Assembly: GCA_964016885.1 (NCBI GenBank)
Contig: OZ024751.1
Span: 52,142,001-52,206,000, forward strand
Direction: 5' to 3'
DNA from: Eledone cirrhosa
Lineage: Eukaryota
DNA: 64,000 nt
In this document: positions 44,201 through 56,079 of the stretch, one piece after another
How positions within the stretch are numbered: position 1 is the first letter of the stretch
Layout of the letters: each line of letters starts with the position of its first letter
Translations under genes and position numbers: made by a program
The notes under the pieces: model-generated
The model's database searches: none
What the model was told of the DNA's origin: nothing
What the model saw: only the letters and a program-made list of their open reading frames with translations

Positions 44201-44240
44201 TATAAACATACAGAATATTTTCGAATATTCTATGTCTATA

Positions 44241-44243
<3 letters not shown>
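41225..44243. mobile_element. Retrozyme-like array: 310-bp non-coding unit, ~5.9 copies (41225-43055) then ~3.8 inverted copies (43055-44243)
   Basis: Units start at 41225, 41535, 41845, 42155, 42465 and 42775 and look identical. There is one hammerhead per unit, and ~0.8 and ~1.1 kb of TG-interrupted (TA)n flank the array. Confidence 0.92.
43148..43190 (+). ncRNA. Type I hammerhead ribozyme of the 310-bp unit (plus-strand cores at 43154, 43464, 43774, 44084; minus-strand cores starting at 41420, 41730, 42040, 42350, 42660, 42970)
   Basis: gtagtc CTGATGA t ttct-aaca-agaa t GAAAC gc GTA^gattac. Stem I is extended after an internal loop by a perfect 16-bp helix (attctcgataaaagca / tgcttttatcgagaat). 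Confidence 0.9.
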
Positions 44244-44277
<34 letters not shown>

Positions 44278-44290
44278 ATATATATATATA

Positions 44291-44621
<331 letters not shown>

Positions 44622-44624
44622 GTG

Positions 44625-44796
<172 letters not shown>

Positions 44797-44838
44797 TATA
44801 TGTGTATATATATATATGTGTATATATATATATATGTG

Positions 44839-44870
<32 letters not shown>

Positions 44871-44926
44871 TATATGTGTATATATATATATGTGTATATA
44901 TATATATATATATATGTGTATATATA

Positions 44927-45113
<187 letters not shown>

Positions 45114-45128
45114 ATATATATATATATA

Positions 45129-45299
<171 letters not shown>

Positions 45300-45315
45300 A
45301 TATATATATATATAT

Positions 45316-47816
45316 AACTTTGAATAACTTTGAAATGTTTTGGCCAGTATTGGCCCAGGCCATGTCTAACTTAATAGCACCACCTGGCGAAGTCTTTCAA
45401 TTCAGGATTTGGGCACCATGGCCTATTCGAGAAGAGAATTACTGTTTGCGGAGACATATCCGGGTGTGGGTGGTTTGTCCGGGATTACTTGGAGGAATTT
45501 GTCCAAAGACTTCTTGAATTTTGTGTGGTCAGTTTCTGTTTTGACGTGTCCTGGTGTGATGTTGAAGAGAGCAGGGCCGATTGAGGTGAAATAATTGTGC
45601 CGTATTGTTGTTATGAGTTGCGATTTAGATTTTTGAATGGGACGGATAGCACGGGGCCCAAGCCTTGGGTGTATCTTGAAGGCGATGCCAACATCATTTG
45701 GGCAGTGATGATGGAACATTTTCCACATCATGCAGATAATATAACGCTCACGGCGACGTTGGAGTGAGTAAAGTTTCAGGTTTTCCAATCGACCCCAGTA
45801 GTCAAGGTCTGACATGCCATCTATCTTTTTCGTGATTGCCCTTTGAGGAGCTTCAAGTTTCATGATACTTTGTTTCGTGTGGGGAGACCACAGTGGACAA
45901 CAGTATTCAAGGTGTGGTCGGGCGAAAGTAGAGAAGAGAAGGATAATGGTGCGGGAATCTCTCGACTGGAAGGTTCTGAGGATCCAGGAACACATTCTGC
46001 GGGCCATGTCAACTTTGCTGCTTATATGCGTGGTCCAGCTTATGTTGCTGTCCACGGTTACTCCCAAGTCTCTGATGTTGTTAGATGCCACGAGAGTTTC
46101 CCCGGAGGGAAGGGAGTACGGGAGTTTCAGAGCATCCTCTTTTCCAAAGTGGATCAGTTCGAATTTGTCTTCGTTCAGTAACATGTTGTTCTTTTCTGCC
46201 CATTGGGTAACAGCCAGTAGGTCTGACTGAAGGCTTATCCGGTCATCCACGCCATTGATGACCTTTTGGAGCTTGGAATCATCAGCGAAAATTTTAATGT
46301 TGCTGTGTTTGATGATGTCAGTGATGTCATTAATATAGATGATGAAGAGAAGTGGGCCCAAAACAGTGCCTTGTGGGACTCCACTACTGACTTTGGCTGG
46401 GCTTGATTTGACTCCCTCAACTACAACATGTTGGGTTCTGTTTGACAGGAAGCTCTTGATCCACTGCAGCAGCTTTCCAGTGACACCAATATTGGACAGC
46501 TTTCTCAGTAGAATGTTATGATCAACCCTGTCAAAGGCCTTGCTGAAATCAAGGTAGATAACATCAATGTTGGAACCCTCTCCCAAGGCTCTCAAAATGT
46601 CATCAAAGTGATGCAGTAGTTGCGTCAGGCAATCCCTTCCATTACGGAATCCATGCTGGTTGGAGTTCAGCATATTGTTACTCTCAAGGAAGTGGGTCAT
46701 TCGCGATCTCACCACTCGCTCAAATACCTTAATGATATGAGAGGTGAGTGAGATTGGATGGTAATTCACGGCAAGGGATTTGTTTCCCTTTTTGAAAACT
46801 GGGACAACAGACTGGGATAGAAGGTTTTCTGGCACATATCCAGCATCCAGTGAGTTCCGCCACAGATTGGCAAGAGGAGAAGCAAGTTGGTGTTGACACG
46901 CCTTCAGGACACAAGCAGGGAACCTATCGGGACCTACTGCTGAATTATGCTTGATTTCCTTTATTGCCGCCAAGACATCAGGGGCGCCAAACGTTATGTC
47001 CGATAAGGTGTAATGGGGAGTAACATCGCCGATACAGCCCAGATCGGCCATATCAGGATTGCTGAAAACAGAGCAGTATTGTTTCTGCAGTATCTCACCC
47101 ATGGTTTTAGCATTGTCTTGAAGAGTGCCATTTTCATCAATTAGAGGGCCAACAGTAGAGCCAGTGATTTTGTGTTTTTTTTGCAAATGAAAAGAACACT
47201 TTGGGATTGAGTTTGATCTTCTCAATGGCCCAGGCCTCTTCAGCTCTTCTCTGATTGTTGATGAGGGACATTATGTTGTTTTGGAGGTTATGTTTTTTAA
47301 TCTCTAGTGATGAAATGGCAGTCAAGTTGATGTGTTGCTGCTGACAGTATTTCAGCTTGTTGATTTTTTTGTTCGTTCTCTTAATTTTTCTGATGAGCGT
47401 TTTTCTATTTCTAGGGATTCTGCTCTTAGATTTGTTTATAGTTCTTAATGGGGTGTGTTTAGCACATATGTTTGTAACAGTGTCCACAAATGTCTGCCAG
47501 GACTTTTTGATGTTAGTGGGTGTATGAGTGTGCGTGAAGGACCAGTCGACATGTGCAAGATCATGACTGATCGCTTCCCAGTTTGCATTGTGGAAATCCA
47601 TAGCGTCAAACGGATGGACAGGAGAGATGACATTGGGTTTGTATATTGGACGGTGGAATCTCAGATCACAGAGAACCATGTCATGATCAGAGAGTAGAGT
47701 TTTCTCCACTGCAATATTGTGGATATTGTCAGTGTGATTGCTGAAAATTAAGTCTAGGACGTTTTTGTGGCACCTCGTTGGTTCGAGCACTAGTTGGGAT
47801 AGGAAGAAATCATCCA

Positions 47817-47820
<4 letters not shown>
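45316..47820 (-). mobile_element. 5'-truncated CR1/L2-group LINE (end of APE + RT; frameshift at T8 run ~47180); 3' end (ATTCAAAGTT)2
   Basis: LDLIFSN..SDH (APE end), QHGFR, YLDFSKAFD, SGVPQGTVLGPLLF, FADD, RPHLEYCCPLWSP. Confidence 0.92.
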
Positions 47821-47906
<86 letters not shown>

Positions 47907-47935
47907 CATATATATATATATGTATATATGAAGAT

Positions 47936-48057
47936 AGTTCCTGTATGAGCAAGGCATGGTCAGCCGACCAGACACTGCCCACAACAGGACAACCCGTCTA
48001 ACCCATGCTAGCGTGGAAGAACGGACGTAAAACGGTGATGATGATGATGATGATGAT
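47936..48057 (+). mobile_element. 120-bp extreme 3' fragment of RTE family A
   Basis: Reverse complement of 48288-48407; ends in (GAT)n. Confidence 0.9.
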
Positions 48058-48140
48058 ATATACTTATATATATATATATACTTATATATATATATATATA
48101 TATACTTATATATATACTTATATATATATATATATATATA

Positions 48141-48289
<149 letters not shown>

Positions 48290-48589
48290 TCATCATCATC
48301 ATCATCACCGTTTTACGTCCGTTCTTCCACGCTAGCATGGGTTAGACGGGTTGTCCTGTTGTGGGCAGTGTCTGGTCGGCTGACCATGCCTTGCTCATAC
48401 AGGAACTGATCTGGCTTGATTTCTACAGCTGGATGCCCTTCCTAACACCAACCTCATTTACAGTGAGTGCTGGGTGCTTTTTCGAGGCGCCTACACGTCC
48501 ACTTTACAGTGTGGGCTGGGTGCTTTTTTGCCGTGGCACCTCCACGACCACCTTGCGGTGGGGGGGGGGGGGCATATTGTTTATATGCT

Positions 48590-51500
48590 TCAGCATGTAC
48601 CCATGGGAGGTCGGGTACCCTGTATTACTGCGTGACGCCAGAAGTCACGGTCGTGTGTCATTGACTTTGAGAGGTGTAGTTGGGTAAGGTCGGCTTTTAT
48701 CACCTCATCCCAAGTCATCTTGGGTCTCCCCACTCCGCGGTTTCCATCAACTTCTAGTGCTCTGCACCTTTTTATGCAGCTGTCATCCTTCATACGCATC
48801 ACATGTCCATACCAGCGTAACCGCCTCTCCTGCACGCAGCATTTGATTCCTCTTATGCTCAGTCTCTCTCTCAATTCCTTTATGCTTTGTCGTTCACGTA
48901 TATTACTGTTACACATCCATCGGAGCATGCAGGCTTCGTTTCTCTCTAATCTACGTAAGTCTTCCACCTTCAGCGCCCAGGTCTCACTACCATGCAACAT
49001 CGCTGTTCGGATACACGCATCATACAGTCTGCCTTTCATTCTGAGGGAGAAGCCTTTTGCAGCTAGCAGTGGTAGTAGTTCCCTAAACTTCTTCCATCCC
49101 GTTCTTACCCTAGTTATTGTACTTTCTGAGCACCCACCTCCGTTGCTAATTCGGTCACCTAGGTAGCAGAAGCTGTCTACTGTTTCTACAGGGCCCTCCC
49201 AGAGATTGGTGGTACTTGTTTCCTGTGGCTGTTTGCTTGCTGTTTCAGCACAGCTGCTGCATGTGAATCCTACATTCTTAATTAAGCTTCCTGAGATCCC
49301 GCTACATCTCTTGTGTACCCATTGTTTGCATTTGGGGCAAAGAATGGAGTTCCTACCTACACCTTTCCTACATACTGAGCAAGGCCATTTCCCTGAGGGG
49401 ATCTGGGTTCTGTTTTCTCGTCTACTTATAAGGACCTTAGTCTTTGTCATGTTGACTTTGAGGCCCTTTCTCTCTAGTCCCTGCTTCCAGGTTTGGAATT
49501 TATTCTCTAGTTCTACCATAGATTCAGCTATGAGTGCGAGGTCATCAGCATACAGGAGTTCCCATGGGCATCCGGTCTTAAACTCCTCCGTTATTGCCTG
49601 CAGGACTATGATGAACAGGAGAGGGCTAAGAACAAAGCCCTGGTGAACCCCAACCTGTACGCTAAATTCCTCGCTATACTCATTGCCAATCCTAACTTTG
49701 CTGACTGCTCCCCTATACATGGCTTGTACCGCTTTCACAAGCCATTCATCTACTCCTAGTTTTCTAAGAGCCCACCAGATTACTGCACGTGGAACTCTGT
49801 CAAAGGCTTTCTCAAGGTCGACAAATGCCAAGTAGAGTGGCTTACTTTTAGCTAGGTACTTTTCCTGTAATTGCCTCACAAGCAAGAGCGCATCAGTGGT
49901 GCCTTTCCCTGGTACAAACCCAAATTGCATCTCGTCTATATTCACCCGGTCCCTAATCAGCTGTGCCATAACTCTTTCTGTTACTTTCATGACCTGGTCC
50001 ATCAACTTTATACCTCTATAGTTTCCTCTATCTAGTGCATCGCCTTTACCTTTGTAGCAGTTGACAATGATGCTACTGCACCAATCTTTTGGTATGGCCC
50101 CCTCTAGTATTACCTGGTTAACGATACGTGTGGTTATAGTGTGACCTACAGACCCAGATGCCTTCAGCATCTCGGCAGCTATACCCGATGGACCGGTTGC
50201 CTTCCCTATCTTCATATCTCTGATTGCCTTACTTACTACGCTGCCGCTGACTTGTACTGCTGGTCCCTCTATAGGGTCTACGTGGGGTAGGGTCTCTTCT
50301 TCCCATGCATTCTCCTCATTTAGTAATCTATCATAATGACTCTTCCATGCATCTTTCTTCTCAGCACTTGTGAGGGCAAGCTCACCTTTATCATTCCGGA
50401 TACACTTCTCTCCAATGACATCACAACTATCTCTGACACACTGCCTCGCAATCTTGAATACCTCCTGTTTCTGGTCCTCACGTTGTAAAACATGCTTGAA
50501 TTTTCTATCCTCTGCTTCCCTCCTAGCTAAGTATACTTGTCGCCTAGCTTCCCTCTTGGTCTCTATGTAATGTACCCTGCTCCCCCCGTTCTTCCATTCT
50601 TTCCATGCCTGTCTCTTGGCCTTGACTGCTTCATCTACCTTATTGTTCCACCACCAACTCACTCTCCTCCTGCTTGAGGTCTTACTCCAGCCACAAACCT
50701 CATCCGTCGCCTCTAGTAAGTTATTTTTTAGGAACTCCCAGTTCTCTTCTACGTTAAATGTCTCTATCTGTTCTTCTTTACTGTCGTAGGCGTTGAGTAA
50801 AATATTTTTAAATCTGTTACTGGTTGAGGGGACTTTCAGCTTCCAGATCTTTCTTCTCCAGGTTGGCCTCTGTTTCAGGGCTCGTCTAGTTCTGACCGTG
50901 AGGTCGCTGACAACTAAGCTATGTTGGGATGTACATTCCTCACTAGGGAAGGCTTTTGTGTTTACGACCGTCCATCTGTCACGTCCTCTGATGAGGATAA
51001 AATCTAACTGACTAGAGTGCTCCCCTGATCTATAGGTGATCAGGTGGTTGTCGGGTTTTTTAAAGTTTGTGTTACATATCGACATGTCATTGGCGTCGCA
51101 GAATTCTAGAAGTCTGAATCCTTCCTCATTCCTTGTGCCAACTCCATGGCCTCCATGTACTCTATTGAAGCCGTCGCAGTGTTTACCTACGTGTCCGTTA
51201 AAATCTCCTGCAATGATTAGGAAGTCCTTGTCGTCTGTTAGAGCAGTAGTGTGTATTAGGGACTCGTAAAACCTATCCTTAAGTTCGTCTGGCAGCCCCG
51301 ATTGGGGTGCGTAAGCTGATATTATTGTGGTAATTGTCTTATTCAGGACTAGTCTGAGTTTAATGATTCTTGCATTTACCCTGTACACTGAGATTACTTT
51401 ATCTACCCACTTGTCAGCTAATAGTATACCTACACCACCCATCCCATCGTCATTTCCCACCCAGAAAAATTTGTAGCACTGGCTTTTTCCTACAAGGACT

Positions 51501-51709
51501 CTAGCAGACCCTCCTCTCCATCTAGTCTCTTGCACACAGCATACATCAACTTCCTTTTGCTCTAGCATTTCTACGATTTCTCCTGCTCTTCCTTTCATTG
51601 AGCCTACATTGATGGTACCAACTCGGAGTTTTGGGCATTTGTCGACACTCGTAGGGGAGGGTCTCTGGGTTGGCGCTTCACGTGGGTGCTTGGTAGCTCG
51701 CAGATTCAT
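48590..51709 (-). CDS. RTE ORF: APE endonuclease + reverse transcriptase + internal C4HC3 (PHD-type) finger
   Basis: GTINVGS, CVQETRW, SAYAPQ, GDFNGH, LDFIL, SQH; then NYRGIKL, QFGF, DLEKAFD, YADD; and CSVC-x10-CPKC-x4-HKRC-x14-CSSC. Confidence 0.95.
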   Translation of the reverse strand: MNLRATKHPREAPTQRPSPTSVDKCPKLRVGTINVGSMKGRAGEIVEMLEQKEVDVCCVQETRWRGGSARVLVGKSQCYKFFWVGNDDGMGGVGILLADKWVDKVISVYRVNARIIKLRLVLNKTITTIISAYAPQSGLPDELKDRFYESLIHTTALTDDKDFLIIAGDFNGHVGKHCDGFNRVHGGHGVGTRNEEGFRLLEFCDANDMSICNTNFKKPDNHLITYRSGEHSSQLDFILIRGRDRWTVVNTKAFPSEECTSQHSLVVSDLTVRTRRALKQRPTWRRKIWKLKVPSTSNRFKNILLNAYDSKEEQIETFNVEENWEFLKNNLLEATDEVCGWSKTSSRRRVSWWWNNKVDEAVKAKRQAWKEWKNGGSRVHYIETKREARRQVYLARREAEDRKFKHVLQREDQKQEVFKIARQCVRDSCDVIGEKCIRNDKGELALTSAEKKDAWKSHYDRLLNEENAWEEETLPHVDPIEGPAVQVSGSVVSKAIRDMKIGKATGPSGIAAEMLKASGSVGHTITTRIVNQVILEGAIPKDWCSSIIVNCYKGKGDALDRGNYRGIKLMDQVMKVTERVMAQLIRDRVNIDEMQFGFVPGKGTTDALLLVRQLQEKYLAKSKPLYLAFVDLEKAFDRVPRAVIWWALRKLGVDEWLVKAVQAMYRGAVSKVRIGNEYSEEFSVQVGVHQGFVLSPLLFIIVLQAITEEFKTGCPWELLYADDLALIAESMVELENKFQTWKQGLERKGLKVNMTKTKVLISRRENRTQIPSGKWPCSVCRKGVGRNSILCPKCKQWVHKRCSGISGSLIKNVGFTCSSCAETASKQPQETSTTNLWEGPVETVDSFCYLGDRISNGGGCSESTITRVRTGWKKFRELLPLLAAKGFSLRMKGRLYDACIRTAMLHGSETWALKVEDLRRLERNEACMLRWMCNSNIRERQSIKELRERLSIRGIKCCVQERRLRWYGHVMRMKDDSCIKRCRALEVDGNRGVGRPKMTWDEVIKADLTQLHLSKSMTHDRDFWRHAVIQGTRPPMGTC

Positions 51710-51959
51710 ATTTCATCTATTGATTCAGAGTTGCTCGTGTATTCCCAGCTCATCCATCCATAACGGTGGGAAAATTGAGGGCTAGAAGGACAGTGGTGGT
51801 GGGGTAATGGCAGGGTGTGTTGGGATGCGCCAGAGGAGGAGAGAGTTAGTTAGGCAGGTAGTAGCAGCAGCAGCAGCAGCAGTGGAAATGGCATGCTAGG
51901 TTTGATTGGTCGAATAGACTATGGTGGTGTGTGGGGGTGGGGGGGATGGAAATTGTGAG

Positions 51960-53886
51960 GTAGGAACTGAGGGTCGCATGGTAAATATCCAAGTTAATAC
52001 TACATCAGTAAAATTAACAATAATAACGTCATGAAAAAAGCTACTAAGAGAAACCCTCGAAAATTTATCGCTAATACAGCAGGGAAAATTTAACTCTAAT
52101 ACAGCAGGGAAAATTTAACGCTAATACAGCAGGGAACATCATAATATTAACGACAATATGTAGGCTAAAATACCTTCGTAGATTAGGTGGATGGCTGGCT
52201 GGGAAAATTGGAATCAGCTCTAGTGGTACATTTTACAGAGAAGAATGGGAAAGTGTCTTATCTCTTCAATATTTTCAGATTGAATGAATTAGGTTAAAGA
52301 CAGGGTAGTAAGCCTTAAAGAAGTGCATAGAGAGGGGGGGGGGGTAGGAACTGAGGGTCGCATGGTAAATAACTGAGAGAGATACAATAGGATTAGAATA
52401 CCGCATGGTAAATATCCAAGTTAATAAGTTAATACTACATCAGTAAAATTAACAATAATAACGTCATGAAAAAAGCTACTAAGAGAAACCCTCGAAAATT
52501 TATCGCTAATACAGCAGGGAAAATTTAACGCTAATACAGCAGGGAACATCATAATATTAACGACAATATGTAGGCTAAAATACCTTCGTAGATTAGGTGG
52601 ATGGCTGGCTGGGAAAATTGGAATCAGCTCTAGTGGTACATTTTAGCAGAGAAGAATGGGAAAGTGTCTTATCTCTTCAATATTTTCAGATTGAATGAAT
52701 TAGGTTAAAGACAGGGTAGTAAGCCTTAAAGAAGTGCATAGAGAGGGGGGGTAGGAACTGAGGGTCGCATGGTAAATAACTGAGAGAGATACAATAGGAT
52801 TAGAATACCGCATGGTAAATATCCAAGTTAATAAGTTAATACTACATCAGTAAAATTAACAATAATAACGTCATGAAAAAAGCTACTAAGAGAAACCCTC
52901 GAAAATTTATCGCTAATACAGCAGGGAAAATTTAACGCTAATACAGCAGGGAACATCATAATATTAACGACAATATGTAGGCTAAAATACCTTCGTAGAT
53001 TAGGTGGATGGCTGGCTGGGAAAATTGGAATCAGCTCTAGTGGTACATTTTAGCAGAGAAGAATGGGAAAGTGTCTTATCTCTTCAATATTTTCAGATTG
53101 AATGAATTAGGTTAAAGACAGGGTAGTAAGCCTTAAAGAAGTGCATAGAGAGGGGGGGGGGTAGGAACTGAGGGTCGCATGGTAAATAACTGAGAGAGAT
53201 ACAATAGGATTAAAATACCGCATGGTAAATATCCAAGTTAATAAGTTAATACTACATCAGTAAAATTAACAATAATAACGTCATGAAAAAAGCTACTAAG
53301 AGAAACCCTCGAAAATTTATCGCTAATACAGCAGGGAAAATTTAACGCTAATACAGCAGGGAACATCATAATATTAACGACAATATGTAGGCTAAAATAC
53401 CTTCGTAGATTAGGTGGATGGCTGGCTGGGAAAATTGGAATCAGCTCTAGTGGTACATTTTAGCAGAGAAGAATGGGAAAGTGTCTTATCTCTTCAATAT
53501 TTTCAGATTGAATGAATTAGGTTAAAGACAGGGTAGTAAGCCTTAAAGAAGTGCATAGAGAGGGGGGGGGGGTAGGAACTGAGGGTCGCATGGTAAATAA
53601 CTGAGAGAGATACAATAGGATTAGAATACCGCATGGTAAATATCCAAGTTAATAAGTTAATACTACATCAGTAAAATTAACAATAATAACGTCATGAAAA
53701 AAGCTACTAAGAGAAACCCTCGAAAATTTATCGCTAATACAGCAGGGAAAATTTAACGCTAATACAGCAGGGAACATCATAATATTAACGACAATATGTA
53801 GGCTAAAATACCTTCGTAGATTAGGTGGATGGCTGGCTGGGAAAATTGGAATCAGCTCTAGTGGTACATTTTAGCAGAGAAGAAGA
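51960..53886 (-). repeat. ~410-bp tandem monomers (~4.7 copies) forming the RTE 5' region
   Basis: gtaggaactgagggtcgcatggtaaat recurs at ~51960, 52344, 52751, 53161 and 53572. Copies differ mainly in poly-G length. Confidence 0.92.
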
Positions 53887-53994
53887 TATATATATATACT
53901 TATATATATATATATATATATAGATATATATATATACTTATATATATATATATATATATATATACTTATATATATATATATATATATATATATA

Positions 53995-54039
<45 letters not shown>

Positions 54040-54084
54040 TTATATATATATATATATATATACTTATATATATATATATATATA

Positions 54085-54179
<95 letters not shown>

Positions 54180-54200
54180 TTATATATATATATATATATA

Positions 54201-54349
<149 letters not shown>

Positions 54350-54578
54350 TTATATATATATATATATATATATACTTATATATATATATATATATATACT
54401 TATATATATATATATATATACTTATATATATATATATATATATACTTATATATATATATATATATACTTATATATATATATATATATATATATACTTATA
54501 TATATATATATATATACTTATATATATACTTATATATATATATATACTTATATATATATATATATATATATACTTATA

Positions 54579-54656
<78 letters not shown>

Positions 54657-54708
54657 CTTATATATATATATATATATATATATTTATACATATATATATA
54701 TATATACT

Positions 54709-54781
<73 letters not shown>

Positions 54782-54806
54782 TTATATATATATATATATA
54801 TATATA

Positions 54807-55489
54807 CATAGCGGCGATGAATTAGTTTTGCGAGGTTTTTTATATGAAATCGTGTGTCGAAACAGATATTGTTATATTTGGGGAGGGTCATATTTGCGTA
54901 ATATTGCCAGAATTAATAACAGAACACACTCACTGTTTGGTTGGTTTTCGCTTCTCGCTGTCTTTTATATATATATATCTGCGATCTAACTTACTCGGTC
55001 CTCAATGTTGCCATTGACTGACCGGCGGTCAAAAATAATACAGATACAATATAGACAAACACATATATATATAGTTTAAAATCTTTCGTTGCACATCTGC
55101 AACATCGTCAGTGGTGTTATATTCATTTTTCCTCCTGTTGTGTTGTATGTCTACGCCATTTTTTTGTTCAGTCTGTCTATATATTTATTTATTTATTTGC
55201 TTGTTTGTTTATCTTATTTTATTGAATGAATATAACACCACTGACGATGTTGCAGATGTGCAACGAAAGATTTATGTAAACTATATATATATGTGTTTGT
55301 CTATATTGTATCTGTATTATTTTTGACCGCCGGTCAGTCAATGGCAACATTGAGGACCGAGTAAGTTAGATCGCAGATATATATATATAAAAGACAGCGA
55401 GAAGCGAAAACCAACCAAACAGTGAGTGTGTTCTGTTATTAATTCTGGCAATATTACGCAAATATGACCCTCCCCAAATATAACAATAT
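54807..55489. mobile_element. Non-coding foldback element related to Penelope family 2: ~262-bp inverted arms (54866-55127 / 55225-55489), ~97-bp spacer, ~60-bp tail
   Basis: The end atgaccctccccaaatataacaatat and the tail ...gtttcgacacacgatttca match 39168-39215. A CTGACGA...GAAAG motif lies at 55241-55269. Confidence 0.85.
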
Positions 55490-55514
55490 ATATATACATA
55501 TATATATATATATA

Positions 55515-55549
<35 letters not shown>

Positions 55550-55568
55550 TTATATATATATATATATA

Positions 55569-55643
<75 letters not shown>

Positions 55644-55856
55644 TTATATATATATATATATACTTATATATATATATATATATACTTATATATATACTTA
55701 TATATATATATATATACTTATATATATATATATATACTTATATATATATATATATACTTATATATATATATATATACTTATATATATATATATACTTATA
55801 TATATATATATATACTTATATATATATATATATACTTATATATATATATATATACT

Positions 55857-55887
<31 letters not shown>

Positions 55888-56079
55888 CTTATATATATAT
55901 ATATATACTTATATATATATATATATACTTATATATATATATATATACTTATATATATATATATATACTTATATATATATATATATATACTTATATATAT
56001 ATATATATACTTATATATATATATATATACTTATATATATATATATATATATACTTATATATATATATACTTATATATA

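Noticed and set aside
41225-44243. CRISPR array or ordinary satellite
   Set aside because: No unique spacers, eukaryotic context and no cas genes. The hammerhead in every unit and the Penelope-type ends argue against a plain satellite.
47137-47225. Programmed frameshift in the CR1/L2 LINE
   Set aside because: The sister copy has T7 rather than T8 (61463-61469) and reads through, so it is a homopolymer indel.
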